Virus record (IMG/VR): IMGVR_UViG_2857776322_000004
Location: 10,353 to 74,352 of that record
Direction: 5' to 3' (one strand)
DNA from: a virus
Length of the DNA: 64,000 nucleotides
Shown: positions 1-9,095 of the stretch, in pieces
How the letters are laid out: each line of letters begins with the position of its first letter
Position numbering within the stretch: position 1 is the first letter of the stretch
The notes under the pieces: model-generated
Seen by the model: only the letters and a program-made list of their open reading frames with translations
What the model was told of the DNA's origin: nothing
The model's database searches: none
Translations under genes and position numbers: made by a program

Positions 1-314
1 AAGGCGCCGGCATCACGGGCATGGCCCAGGGCGTCGTGCGCCAAGCCCTCCTCGGGGCCGCCGTCCCCTACGCCCTCGTCACCGCGGCCGGCCTCAAGAA
101 GTACGCCACCGGCACCGGCAACGCCAACAAGTCCGACATGCGCATGGCCCTGTACAAGCGCACCGGCCTCGACCTGCGCGACGACAACGAAGTCGACGCC
201 TGGTGGCTCCGCGCCATGGGCCTGGACCACCTCGGCCACCCCGTCGTCGAACTGCCCGCCGCACAACGCGCCATGCTCGACAAGGTCACCTGGCCCCAGG
301 CGGCTGCTCCGTGA
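1..314 (+). CDS. RuvC-like Holliday junction resolvase, 5'-truncated by window
   Basis: LKKYATGTGNANK...DDNEVDA motif typical of phage RuvC-like proteins; frame open from base 3. Confidence 0.75.
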   Translation, partial: GAGITGMAQGVVRQALLGAAVPYALVTAAGLKKYATGTGNANKSDMRMALYKRTGLDLRDDNEVDAWWLRAMGLDHLGHPVVELPAAQRAMLDKVTWPQAAAP

Positions 315-1012
315 GCACAACGAGTCTGACCAGACCACACGGCATCCCCACACAACGCCCCGACGGCAAGCGGTGCCGCGGTTGCGACGAGTACAAGTCC
401 CTGGACAACTTCAGCCTCCAGAACAGCCGCAGCTCGACCCAGAACCGTCGATCGGAATGCAAGCCGTGCCGCAACAAGGCAGCCCGCCGAAAGCGCGAAG
501 CCGGCCTCGCCGAAGTCCTCCGACAGCGCAACCTCCGCATACGCGAAGTCCTCGCCGACTTCCCCGACCCCAACGACGCAGCCCGAGAACTCAACGTTCT
601 CCGACGCACCGTGCTCACATGGCAGGTAGCCCTGCGACGGAACCCCGACACGTACCTGCGTCCACACGGCAACCTCAACATGGGCGACCGCGCCGACGCG
701 AGGGAACCACTCCCACCGCCCTCACCACCCCGGCCCGTCGCACCGCAACCCGCCCGACCCGACACGGCCTGGCGCGAGCACGCGGCCTGCCGAGGTCACA
801 AGCATCCCGACCTCTGGTACGGCGGCCCCGACCGCCCCAACTCGCTGTGGCCCGGCCGCAGCGACTACACGGCAAACATCAACGAGGCCATAGCGATCTG
901 CCGAACCTGCCCGGTCCGCAACCCATGCCTCGCCCACGCCCTCGCACACGACGAACAAGGCGTCTGGGGCGGCCTCACCGAAGACGAACGCAAGAAAGCC
1001 CCCGACCCGTGA
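311..1012 (+). CDS. Zn-finger + HTH-like + WhiB fusion protein
   Basis: GTG overlapping upstream stop; N-term CxxC..CxxC; C-term WREHAAC..CRTCPVRNPC..GVWGGLT WhiB signature. Confidence 0.8.
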   Translation: MSTTSLTRPHGIPTQRPDGKRCRGCDEYKSLDNFSLQNSRSSTQNRRSECKPCRNKAARRKREAGLAEVLRQRNLRIREVLADFPDPNDAARELNVLRRTVLTWQVALRRNPDTYLRPHGNLNMGDRADAREPLPPPSPPRPVAPQPARPDTAWREHAACRGHKHPDLWYGGPDRPNSLWPGRSDYTANINEAIAICRTCPVRNPCLAHALAHDEQGVWGGLTEDERKKAPDP

Positions 1013-1269
1013 CCGACTGGCGCCACCTCGCGCACTGCCGCAACAGCGACACCCACCCCGAACTCTTCTTCCCGGACGGCGAAACCACCACCCACCACCT
1101 GGCCCAGATCGCCCGCGCCAAAGCCGTCTGCGCCCAATGCCCCGTCCAAGGCCCCTGCGGCGACTGGGCACTCGCCCGACCCAGCGAAGCCGGCATCTGG
1201 GGCGGCCTCACCGAGAACGAACGCCGCGCCCTCAAACGCCGCGCCGCCCGCCGACGCACCGCAGCCTGA
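1009..1269 (+). CDS. whiB: WhiB family transcription factor
   Basis: WRHLAHC..ELFFP..AKAVCAQCPVQGPC..GIWGGLTENERR. Confidence 0.92.
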   Translation: MTDWRHLAHCRNSDTHPELFFPDGETTTHHLAQIARAKAVCAQCPVQGPCGDWALARPSEAGIWGGLTENERRALKRRAARRRTAA

Positions 1270-1363
1270 CCCAGACACAACGAAGGGCCCGCCGCAACCG
1301 CGACGAGCCCCACGACCGGCGACGCCCGAACCGCGCCGCCACGACCCCGAAAGGGCCGACACG

Positions 1364-2209
1364 ATGACGACCGTCACGCCACCGGAACTCACGGTACAGG
1401 CAACCATCTCCACCACGTTCCGCGCCGAAGTGATGCTCGTGACCCCCAAGGTCGCCAAAGCCATCCTCGACAGGCAGAACACGCACAACCGCAACCTCAG
1501 CGACCGCACCGTCGCCGACTACATGCGCGACATGCTCACGGACAACTGGCCTCTCAACGGCGAAGCCGCCAAGTTCGCCTACGACGGCACCTGCCTCGAC
1601 GGACAACACCGCTTCGCCGCCGTTTCCCTCTCCGGCGTGAGCGTGCCGATGCTCATCGTCACCGGCCTTCCCTTGAAGGTGCAGGAAACCATGGACACCG
1701 GCAAGCGCCGCTCCATGGCCGATGTCCTCACCCTGCGCGGCGAATCGAGCACGCACTCCCTCGCGGCCATCGTCAAACGCGTGTGGATGTGGGAAGGCGG
1801 CAACTACAAGTTCCACGGCGCCGGCAAACCCACCGTCGCCGAATGCACCGAACTCCTCCAGCGCAAACCTGAACTCCGCCGCTCCGCCGAAATCAGCGCT
1901 CGCGTCGGCCGTAGCTTCCGCTACCTGCCGCCCGCACCCGTCGGCCTCGCCCACCACCTGTTCTCGACCATCTCGCCCGAGGAAGCCCCCGAGTTCTTCG
2001 CACGCCTCGGCGACGGCGCCAGCCTCCCCATCCACCACCCCATCCTCACCCTCCGCACCCGCGCCATGAAAGACGTCGCCGGCGGCTTCCGCATCCCCGA
2101 ACCCCGCGCCATGGCCTACCTCATCCGCACATGGAACGCCGTCCGAGAGGGCCGCAGCATGTCCCGCATCATCCACGACCACGAAGACGCCATGCCCATG
2201 CCCAGGTAA
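1364..2209 (+). CDS. ParB/Srx-superfamily (DGQHR-motif) protein
   Basis: NRNLS..Y.RDM..W.LNGE..LDGQHR motif. Confidence 0.7.
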   Translation: MTTVTPPELTVQATISTTFRAEVMLVTPKVAKAILDRQNTHNRNLSDRTVADYMRDMLTDNWPLNGEAAKFAYDGTCLDGQHRFAAVSLSGVSVPMLIVTGLPLKVQETMDTGKRRSMADVLTLRGESSTHSLAAIVKRVWMWEGGNYKFHGAGKPTVAECTELLQRKPELRRSAEISARVGRSFRYLPPAPVGLAHHLFSTISPEEAPEFFARLGDGASLPIHHPILTLRTRAMKDVAGGFRIPEPRAMAYLIRTWNAVREGRSMSRIIHDHEDAMPMPR

Positions 2210-2243
2210 CCCCGCCACCGCCCACACCACCCCGGGAAACCCG

Positions 2244-2666
2244 ATGACCGACGCCGCCACCCTGGTCATGACCGCCCTCGAACACGCCTACAACCAGGAC
2301 ACGGACCGCGCCCTCGCCACCCTCCAGACCCTGGCCGAGGAACACGGAGACGCGGCCCTGTTCGGCGCCCCAGCCGCCTTCGCCGTCGTCGCCGTCCACG
2401 TACTCGAACGCCTTCACCCCCTCGCCCCCGGCGAGATGTGGGCAATCGGCTCCCTCGTCCGCGACATCGAAACCGCCAACCCCGCCAGCGTGTTCGCCGC
2501 CCGCTACGTCGTAGCCACCGCCAACCGCCAGGCGGACCACGCCCTTGCCCTCCTGCGCGCCGAAGCAAGCCACCCCGACGACGACCGCTTTCCACGCGCA
2601 GTCCTCGCCACCCTCGGCCTCGCCGCATCCCTCATGCGCGCCGTCCTCCCGAAAGACGCCCAATGA
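2244..2666 (+). CDS. hypothetical protein
   Basis: C-ending codon bias, coupled to next gene (ATGA). Confidence 0.75.
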   Translation: MTDAATLVMTALEHAYNQDTDRALATLQTLAEEHGDAALFGAPAAFAVVAVHVLERLHPLAPGEMWAIGSLVRDIETANPASVFAARYVVATANRQADHALALLRAEASHPDDDRFPRAVLATLGLAASLMRAVLPKDAQ

Positions 2667-3460
2667 ACCAACACGACGAACGCTCAGCCATCGCCGACAC
2701 CCTCGAGACCATCTCCGACGCCCTCGCCGCCGCCGGCCACCACCGCGAGGCAGACGAACTCCACGCCCTCGCCCACGACCTCCGCACCCCACACCGCGGC
2801 GAATGGGAAGCCGTCTTCGACCACGACGACGGCCGATACCTCCACCTCGGCTACGGACCCGACGAACCCACCGTCCAGGCCCGCGCCACCGCCTGGGCCC
2901 TGAGCTTCGGCGGACGCCTCGACTGGCACGACCCCTGGCCCGACGGCACCCGCCAAGCCGACTTCATCGCCCCCGACCAGGACCCCGGCACCGGCATCGA
3001 AGTCCGCCCCTCCAGCCGCCATGACCGGCAACGCCGCTTCAACGAACACCAACGCGAAGTCGTCATCCGACTCCGAGACGAACGCGACGAAGTCCTCATG
3101 CGGCTCGGCCGCATCGGCAACGGCCACGGCAAACACGTCACCGAACACGGCACGACCTCCGGCTACTGCCACGAATGCGGCCACCCCTGGCCCTGCCCCA
3201 CCAACACGTGGGCCACCACCAAACGAGACCTCGACCTCTGCTGGGACCCCTTCGACGACGAACCCCCGGCCCCCCAGCCCGAACCCGACGAGTACGTCGT
3301 CACCGTCCAGCGCATCGACGGCTACTGGGTCGGCTCCATCGCCGCCCTCGGACTCGCCGTCCAGGTCGACCACCACGACGACGTCGACCGGACCCTCCGC
3401 GAAGCCCTCGACCAAGACGGCCGCAACGCTGCCGCAGCGTTCTCCGTCACGTACAGCTGA
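2663..3460 (+). CDS. hypothetical protein (CxxC..WPC motif, HicB-like C-terminus)
   Basis: ATG 2663 overlaps upstream stop; C-term YVVTVQRIDGYWVGSI resembles HicB fold. Confidence 0.7.
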   Translation: MNQHDERSAIADTLETISDALAAAGHHREADELHALAHDLRTPHRGEWEAVFDHDDGRYLHLGYGPDEPTVQARATAWALSFGGRLDWHDPWPDGTRQADFIAPDQDPGTGIEVRPSSRHDRQRRFNEHQREVVIRLRDERDEVLMRLGRIGNGHGKHVTEHGTTSGYCHECGHPWPCPTNTWATTKRDLDLCWDPFDDEPPAPQPEPDEYVVTVQRIDGYWVGSIAALGLAVQVDHHDDVDRTLREALDQDGRNAAAAFSVTYS

Positions 3461-3495
3461 CGTCGAACCAACTTCCGGACAGGACAACCCCATCG

Positions 3496-3720
3496 GTGAA
3501 CGACAACGACCGGAACCTCGAAAACGTGAGGCTCGTCGCCGTCGACGGAACCGAAGCCCTCGGCTTCGTCATCATCCGACCCGGCACCAGCGGACCCGGA
3601 TCCGTGTCCCTCGAAGCCGGAGCCACCGGCCTCAGCAAGGGCGAAGGCGCCTACATCCTCCGCCGCGTCGCGGACCTGTGGGACGGCGAAGAAACCGCCG
3701 TAGGGAGACCGACCGGGTAA
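3496..3720 (+). CDS. hypothetical protein
   Basis: GTG after AGGA; codon bias. Confidence 0.6.
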   Translation: MNDNDRNLENVRLVAVDGTEALGFVIIRPGTSGPGSVSLEAGATGLSKGEGAYILRRVADLWDGEETAVGRPTG

Positions 3721-3908
3721 GACGTCGACCCCAATGCCCGATTCGACGCCATCGCACGCCTTGCGAACGCCCTCGAGGACTACCTCCCCGGCGACACCTG
3801 GCACCTCGCCAACGGCATCAAGCGGATCGCCGAAGGCACCGCAACGCCGACGGAAATCAGCACCGAACTCCCGAACTGACCGACAGCACCGGCCGAGAGA
3901 CCCACACA

Positions 3909-5213
3909 ATGAGCCTCACGTTCACCGACATCTTCTGCGGCGCCGGCGGCAGCAGCACCGGCCTGGTCGCCGCTGGCATGGAACTCAAACTCGCCGCGAA
4001 CCACTGGGCCAAGGCGATCGAAACCCATGCCGCCAACCACCCGAACGCCGAGCACGTCTGCGCCGACATCAACAACTACGACATGCGCCGACTCCCCACG
4101 ACCCGCGTCCTGTGGGGCTCGCCGATCTGCACCGAATCCACCCCCGCCGGAGGCAAGAAACGCCCACCGACCCGCGGCCAACTCGCCCTTCTCAAACACG
4201 GACCCGTCGCCGACGCCGCATGGGAACGCACCCGCGCCACCGCCTATGACATCATCCGCGCCACCGAAGTCCACCGCTACGACGCCGTCCTGTGCGAGAA
4301 CGTCGTCGAGTTCGCCACCGACTGGGAACTCTTCGGCTGGTGGCGCAATGGGATGGAACTCCTCGGCTACAACTCACAGATCACCTCCGTCTCCTCCGCC
4401 CACATCGGAGGCCCTGGCAACCTGCACGCCCCACAATGGCGCGACAGGATCTACATCGTCTTCACCCGCGCCGGGATCCCACTACCCGACCTGCGCCCCA
4501 CCCCACTCGCCCGCTGCAAGCAATGCGACCAGGACATCCCCGCCGTACAGTCCTGGCGCAACGGCCGCACCATCGGCAAGTACAAGCAGCAGTACGACTA
4601 CCGATGCCCCAACACCGCGTGCGGGCACGCCTTCGTCGAGCCGTACATCCGCCCCGCCGCCGACATCATCGACTGGACCAACCGCGGCCGCCGGATCGGC
4701 GACCGGCGCCGGCCGCTGGTGGAGAACACCCTCGCCCGCATCCGAGCGGGCCTCGCCGCGCACTCGACCACCGACGAAGGACTCCTCGTGCCCTGCGGCG
4801 GCGGATGGAACGACTCACCGACCTCGACCGCGGACCCCATGCGCACCCGCATGGCCAACCCGAAAGGCTTCGAGGCCCTGTTCGCCCCACCGAACATCCA
4901 ACCCCGGCGCAGCACCCCACCACGCAACCACGGCCTGGTGATTCCCTACCGCAAGGCCCTCCCCAAAACCACCGCGGAACCAATTCACACCATCAGCACC
5001 GTGGACTCCGCAGCCCTGGTCCAAGGCGGCCCGCAACTCGAAGACTGCTACTTCCGGATGGTCCAGCCGCGCGAACAACTCCTCGCCCAACGGTTCCCCG
5101 CGGACTACATCGTCCACGGCAACCAAGGCGAACAAACCATGCAGGCCGGCAACGCCGTCTCCGCCAACGTCGCCCAATGGATCGGCCAGCGCGTAGCCGC
5201 AGTCCTCGCGTAA
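3909..5213 (+). CDS. DNA cytosine-5 methyltransferase
   Basis: FTDIFCGAGG (motif I), SPICT (IV), ENV (VI), Q.RDR (VIII), QAGNAV (X). Confidence 0.92.
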   Translation: MSLTFTDIFCGAGGSSTGLVAAGMELKLAANHWAKAIETHAANHPNAEHVCADINNYDMRRLPTTRVLWGSPICTESTPAGGKKRPPTRGQLALLKHGPVADAAWERTRATAYDIIRATEVHRYDAVLCENVVEFATDWELFGWWRNGMELLGYNSQITSVSSAHIGGPGNLHAPQWRDRIYIVFTRAGIPLPDLRPTPLARCKQCDQDIPAVQSWRNGRTIGKYKQQYDYRCPNTACGHAFVEPYIRPAADIIDWTNRGRRIGDRRRPLVENTLARIRAGLAAHSTTDEGLLVPCGGGWNDSPTSTADPMRTRMANPKGFEALFAPPNIQPRRSTPPRNHGLVIPYRKALPKTTAEPIHTISTVDSAALVQGGPQLEDCYFRMVQPREQLLAQRFPADYIVHGNQGEQTMQAGNAVSANVAQWIGQRVAAVLA

Positions 5214-5253
5214 CCCCAGCAGCCAACCCGGCCTACAACACCCAGGACACGAC

Positions 5254-5664
5254 ATGACCACGCACTACACCGACGACGACCTCTACCGCGAAGCCGCGCG
5301 ACAACACCACAAAGCCACCCAGGACCCCGACTACGTCGGCATCGGCGAACAAATGGCCGACGAGAAGGTCGGCGACACCGACACCACATGGGACGAACTC
5401 GACGAGGAGGAATTCGACCTCGCCCGCACCGGAATCGACGAACTCCTCCACGACGCGGCCGACATGTCCCGCTGGGCCATCGACGCCGGCGCCGACCACC
5501 TCGAACCCCACGAACGCACCCTCGCCTACACGGCCAAGGACGGGCGGCCCCTCATCCGCATCCACTTCGCGTTCGCCGACGAGATCCCCGAGAAGAACCG
5601 CGAAGGCTGCATCGAGGCGTTCACCAACCACCTCCAAATGCTCGCCAGGGTGACGCTCGGATGA
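5254..5664 (+). CDS. hypothetical protein, paralog of N-terminal half of 10967-11758
   Basis: YTDDDL.REA..ADMSRWA..RIHFAF aligns with YTQEDL.AEA..PDLSEWA..RLHFAF. Confidence 0.8.
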   Translation: MTTHYTDDDLYREAARQHHKATQDPDYVGIGEQMADEKVGDTDTTWDELDEEEFDLARTGIDELLHDAADMSRWAIDAGADHLEPHERTLAYTAKDGRPLIRIHFAFADEIPEKNREGCIEAFTNHLQMLARVTLG

Positions 5665-5672
5665 GTGGGGGA

Positions 5673-6119
5673 TCAGCCCTGCGCCTCGAGGGCGGCCTTG
5701 GCGCGCTCGTACCACTCCACAGGCACGACGACAGCCACCCGCTTCCTGGCTCTGCTCGCGTCGACGACGAACTTCGGGAGATGGCCGTGGACTTCCTCCA
5801 GCGCCGTGGGCAGTACCTTGCGAAGTTGACCGACGAGGAGTTCGTCCCTGTCGAGAGTCCTCGGACGTGGCGCCCAGGGCGAGCCGATGACGTTGTGTCG
5901 AGAGCGCTCGACGCGTATGGCGCGCAGCTCTGCGGCGAGCGCGGAGGGGCGATTGTCGAACCACACCACCGAGCCCGACGCGACCTGCGGCCACCACGGC
6001 TTTTGGCGCGCATGCACGGTCAGCCGCGCGTAGGGGTTGATACCGATCCCGACGTACAGGAGCGCACCTTTCGCGTCGTACAGGCGGTACATCGCGGTTG
6101 GCTCGTTTTCAAGCCACAT
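5673..6119 (-). CDS. GIY-YIG nuclease fused to C-terminal Phd/YefM-like domain
   Basis: TAMYRLYD..LLYVGI..R..H..E..N; C-term VGQLRKVL..RVAVVVPVEWYE; RBS GGAGG. Confidence 0.85.
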   Translation of the reverse strand: MWLENEPTAMYRLYDAKGALLYVGIGINPYARLTVHARQKPWWPQVASGSVVWFDNRPSALAAELRAIRVERSRHNVIGSPWAPRPRTLDRDELLVGQLRKVLPTALEEVHGHLPKFVVDASRARKRVAVVVPVEWYERAKAALEAQG

Positions 6120-6134
6120 CTGAACCCTCCGGGG

Positions 6135-6332
6135 TTACACCGAGGAGGAGTCCCCCCGGTTTCTCTGGACCTCGATTGCCTCGGCATCTGGCACGGGAAC
6201 GATCGCGGCCACTCGCCTGCCTCGGCTGGTGACGTAGGTGATCTGGCCGCGGATGGCCGTCTCGTTCAGAACGTCGGACAGCGTGGTGCGCAGTTCGCGG
6301 ACGCCGATTTCGGAGCTTGTGTTCGCAGGCAT
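6135..6332 (-). CDS. Phd/YefM-family antitoxin-like DNA-binding protein
   Basis: IGVRELRTTLSDVLNE..ITYVTSRGRRVAAIVPV; ATG 6 nt after TAGCAT (leaderless-like). Confidence 0.85.
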   Translation of the reverse strand: MPANTSSEIGVRELRTTLSDVLNETAIRGQITYVTSRGRRVAAIVPVPDAEAIEVQRNRGDSSSV

Positions 6333-6338
6333 ACGCAC

Positions 6339-6382
6339 ATGCTAGCTGCGGTACGCTAGCGTACCTTGGTGTACACAAGGGT
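6339..6382 (-). promoter_or_regulatory. Operator/promoter of Phd cassette: 16-bp perfect palindrome GGTACGCTAGCGTACC (6350-6365), -10 TAGCAT (6344-6339), CCTTG-N7-CAAGG
   Basis: Read directly from sequence; function inferred. Confidence 0.6.
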
Positions 6383-6456
6383 TGTGGCGGAGACGGACTC
6401 CGCCCTCTGAGCGCACCCGTTCCCCATCTCCATGCACGGCAGAACGGACCATCTCC

Positions 6457-7443
6457 ATGGCACGTACTCACGCTCGCTTCTACACGACCATCTGGCGCGA
6501 TGCGGATTTCCGCCGGTTGCCGGGTTCGGCGCAGCGCATGTACTTCTTCCTGGCGTCTCAGCCGAATCTGACGCACGCGGGTGTGTTGCCGTTGACGTTG
6601 GCGCGTTGGGCGGCCTGTTCGGTGGACGGGTCGGAGCAGGAGCTGCTTGCGGATCTGGAGTTGCTGCACGAGCGCCGGTTCGTGGTGTTGGACCGGGCGA
6701 CGGAGGAGGTGATGATCCGGACGTTCGTCGTGGGCGACAAGGTGTACAAGATGCCGCGCGTGATGGGGTCGATGGTGGCTTCGGCGCAGCAGATCGAGTC
6801 GCCTGTGCTGCGCCGGACGCTGTTGGATGAGGTCGCGCGGATTCCGCTGGACGAGTTGAGTACGGAGCCGACGAAGAAGGCTCCTCACCTGTCGATTCGC
6901 GTCCAGGTGGAGGGGTTGATCGCGGAGCTGCGGGAGTCGTTCGGCGAGCCGGTCGCTTCGGCGGGTGTCGTCGACGGGGTGCCGCCGATGGATCCGGAGC
7001 CGCCCGGGGTGGATGCGCCGGTTCTCGATGCGGCTTTGGATCTGCGGTACCCGATTGCGCCTTCGGTTGCGGGTGTTCCGGATTGGCTTGCCCCGTTGGC
7101 TGGTGCGATGGCGCAGGCCGGGATCGGCGTCCCTTGGAGTTTCAAGGAGGGCGACTCCGAGCTGCTGCGTGCGGATGTCGAACGCGTGGGCCTGCGGGCG
7201 ATGTTCACGGAGGCGGTGGAGGCGTTCGCCGCCGCCGGCGACAAGCCGTTCTCCAGTCGCTGGTTCTACCCGCGGTGGCACGCCCTTCAGGTGGCTTCCG
7301 TAGTCCAGATGGGTTCCCGGCGTTCCAACAGCCGCCAGGCGCAGACGGATGACCAATACGAGCAGTCGCGTCGGGACGCGGAGGAGCGTCGTGCGGCGCG
7401 CTTGGCGGCGGAGGCGGGGGCACGGGCAAGGGGTGGTGGGTGA
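6457..7443 (+). CDS. Phage replication initiator-like protein (N-terminal HTH)
   Basis: ARFYTTIWRDADFRRL..AQRMYFFL.SQPNL..AGVLPL N-terminus common to actinophage replication proteins; precedes loader-like gene. Confidence 0.6.
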   Translation: MARTHARFYTTIWRDADFRRLPGSAQRMYFFLASQPNLTHAGVLPLTLARWAACSVDGSEQELLADLELLHERRFVVLDRATEEVMIRTFVVGDKVYKMPRVMGSMVASAQQIESPVLRRTLLDEVARIPLDELSTEPTKKAPHLSIRVQVEGLIAELRESFGEPVASAGVVDGVPPMDPEPPGVDAPVLDAALDLRYPIAPSVAGVPDWLAPLAGAMAQAGIGVPWSFKEGDSELLRADVERVGLRAMFTEAVEAFAAAGDKPFSSRWFYPRWHALQVASVVQMGSRRSNSRQAQTDDQYEQSRRDAEERRAARLAAEAGARARGGG

Positions 7444-8117
7444 TGGACGAGGTGGAGGCGGTGGATTTGGTGCGGTGGGTGCAGGCGTTGTGTCCGCAGC
7501 AGCACATCGACCGGTTGACGGGCGAGGCGTGGTTCGAGGTGTTGGAGCCGTTCGATTTCGAGGAGTGCAAGGCTGCGGCGACCGTGTGCGCTCGCGAGAA
7601 GCCGTTTGTGGCGCCGGCGGAGATCATCGCCGAGGTTCGGCGGGTGCATGCTGAGCGGTTGGCGTCGTTGGTGTTGTATGAGCCGGCGCCGGGCGAGGAC
7701 GTTGAGGGGTATCTCGAGCGGCTTCGGGCGCAGATCGCCGCGGTGGCGTCCGGGCGCAGTGTGCCGGAGATTGCGCGGGCGTCGGGTCCGCGGCTGCAAC
7801 TCGTGTCCGGTGGGGCAGGGCTTCGTGCGTTGCCTCCGGAAGTCGAGGCGGTGGTCGGGGGGTTGCGGCATCCGGCGCGGAGTGTGCGGTGTCCGTTGTG
7901 TGGCGCGCGCGAGGGGTTCTCGTGCCACTACTCGGATCGTCGCGTCGTGCCCACAGGGGCGCACGCGGAGCGGGTGGCGGTGTGGGCGGTGCAGCGGGTT
8001 GTGTGCCCGGCCTGCTCGGCGGTGCCGGGTACTCCGTGCCGGAGGTCGCCGGACGAGTCGTTGCGGCAGCCGGCGCATTCGGAGCGGGTGCAGGTGGCGG
8101 AGCGGGAGGCGGCGTGA
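7440..8117 (+). CDS. Helicase loader/inhibitor-like protein with C-terminal Zn fingers
   Basis: AW.EVL..FDF.ECKAA..PAEII N-term; CPLCGA..C and CPACSA..C. Confidence 0.55.
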   Translation: MMDEVEAVDLVRWVQALCPQQHIDRLTGEAWFEVLEPFDFEECKAAATVCAREKPFVAPAEIIAEVRRVHAERLASLVLYEPAPGEDVEGYLERLRAQIAAVASGRSVPEIARASGPRLQLVSGGAGLRALPPEVEAVVGGLRHPARSVRCPLCGAREGFSCHYSDRRVVPTGAHAERVAVWAVQRVVCPACSAVPGTPCRRSPDESLRQPAHSERVQVAEREAA

Positions 8118-8653
8118 TGTCGAAGGTCCCGGTCGAGTCGCTGATTCCGTTGGCCGCGCGGCTGATTGTGTTGGTGCACGGCGAGGGCGGCCGGTCCGAC
8201 ATAGGGGAGTTCCTGGCCGGGCTGAGCGACGACGAGCGTTGGGCGTTGCTCGTGGTCCTGGCCGCGATGGTCAATCCGGATCGGTCGCTGGGTGCGGCGC
8301 TGGGGTGGGTGGCGTGGGACGAGCGGGGTGACCCGGGGGCGCTGGGCCTGGCGGACACGCGGACGATCCGGGACGTCGCGCCGGACGTCGAAGCGGAGCC
8401 GTCATGCGGCGAGTTGATCGACTCGGAGGTTCTGAGGCGGGCGCTGGTGGGGGAGTTCGTTGATGCGTCGGATTCGGAGAAGCGCGCTGTGATTGAGGCC
8501 GCAGTGCGCGAGGGGGTCGAGCCTGTGGTCGTTTCCCGCGGCCTTGGTCTCGGTCTCAAGTGTGTGCAGAAGCAGATCGAGCGGGCCCGGGTGCGGCTCA
8601 CGAACGGAGGGACGGGTTGTGAGAACGCGGGTGTTCAGGGCGTCGCGAGCTGA
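8117..8653 (+). CDS. hypothetical protein (possible C-terminal HTH)
   Basis: ATG overlaps upstream TGA. Confidence 0.65.
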   Translation: MSKVPVESLIPLAARLIVLVHGEGGRSDIGEFLAGLSDDERWALLVVLAAMVNPDRSLGAALGWVAWDERGDPGALGLADTRTIRDVAPDVEAEPSCGELIDSEVLRRALVGEFVDASDSEKRAVIEAAVREGVEPVVVSRGLGLGLKCVQKQIERARVRLTNGGTGCENAGVQGVAS

Positions 8654-9095
8654 CGGTGGATGGGTGGTGACGTGTCTGGATGAGCGGTGTCGCCCGGATT
8701 CCCTCGGCTGCGAATGGGGTGGGCATGTGGTTGTGGTGGTTTCGGGTGAAGGCAGTGCGAAACGAGCGGAATCGGTGCATCGCCGCTGGTTGAGGTCCCT
8801 GCCGCGTGAGAAGCGAGTGCCCGTGATGTACGTCGTGGAGCGGTATGACGGCCGGTGGGCAGCGTTCTGCGAGGACGAGCGCTGCGCGCCGCATTGCGAG
8901 AAGGGTTCGCGACACTGCCTGGCCGTTACCCGATACAGGAGCAGCGCCAGAAGGGCCGTGGTCAGGCACCGCTGTTGGTTGCGGTCGGTGCCGCGTTTGG
9001 CTGCCCCGGAGGCGGTGCCGTGCGGGCCGGTGTGCGGCACGTGTGGTGGGCCGATCGCTGGCACGGTGGCGGGGGGTGCGGCATGTCGGTCGTGA
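8619..9095 (+). CDS. Cys-rich protein with internal tandem domain duplication
   Basis: GTG 8 nt after GGAGG; two copies of W..C.DERC.P...SA.RA..HR.WLRS.P. Confidence 0.6.
   Translation: MRTRVFRASRADGGWVVTCLDERCRPDSLGCEWGGHVVVVVSGEGSAKRAESVHRRWLRSLPREKRVPVMYVVERYDGRWAAFCEDERCAPHCEKGSRHCLAVTRYRSSARRAVVRHRCWLRSVPRLAAPEAVPCGPVCGTCGGPIAGTVAGGAACRS

Noticed and set aside
3021-5213. 730-aa methyltransferase fusion
   Set aside because: The upstream part is an alternate frame over real genes; motif I starts at ATG 3909.
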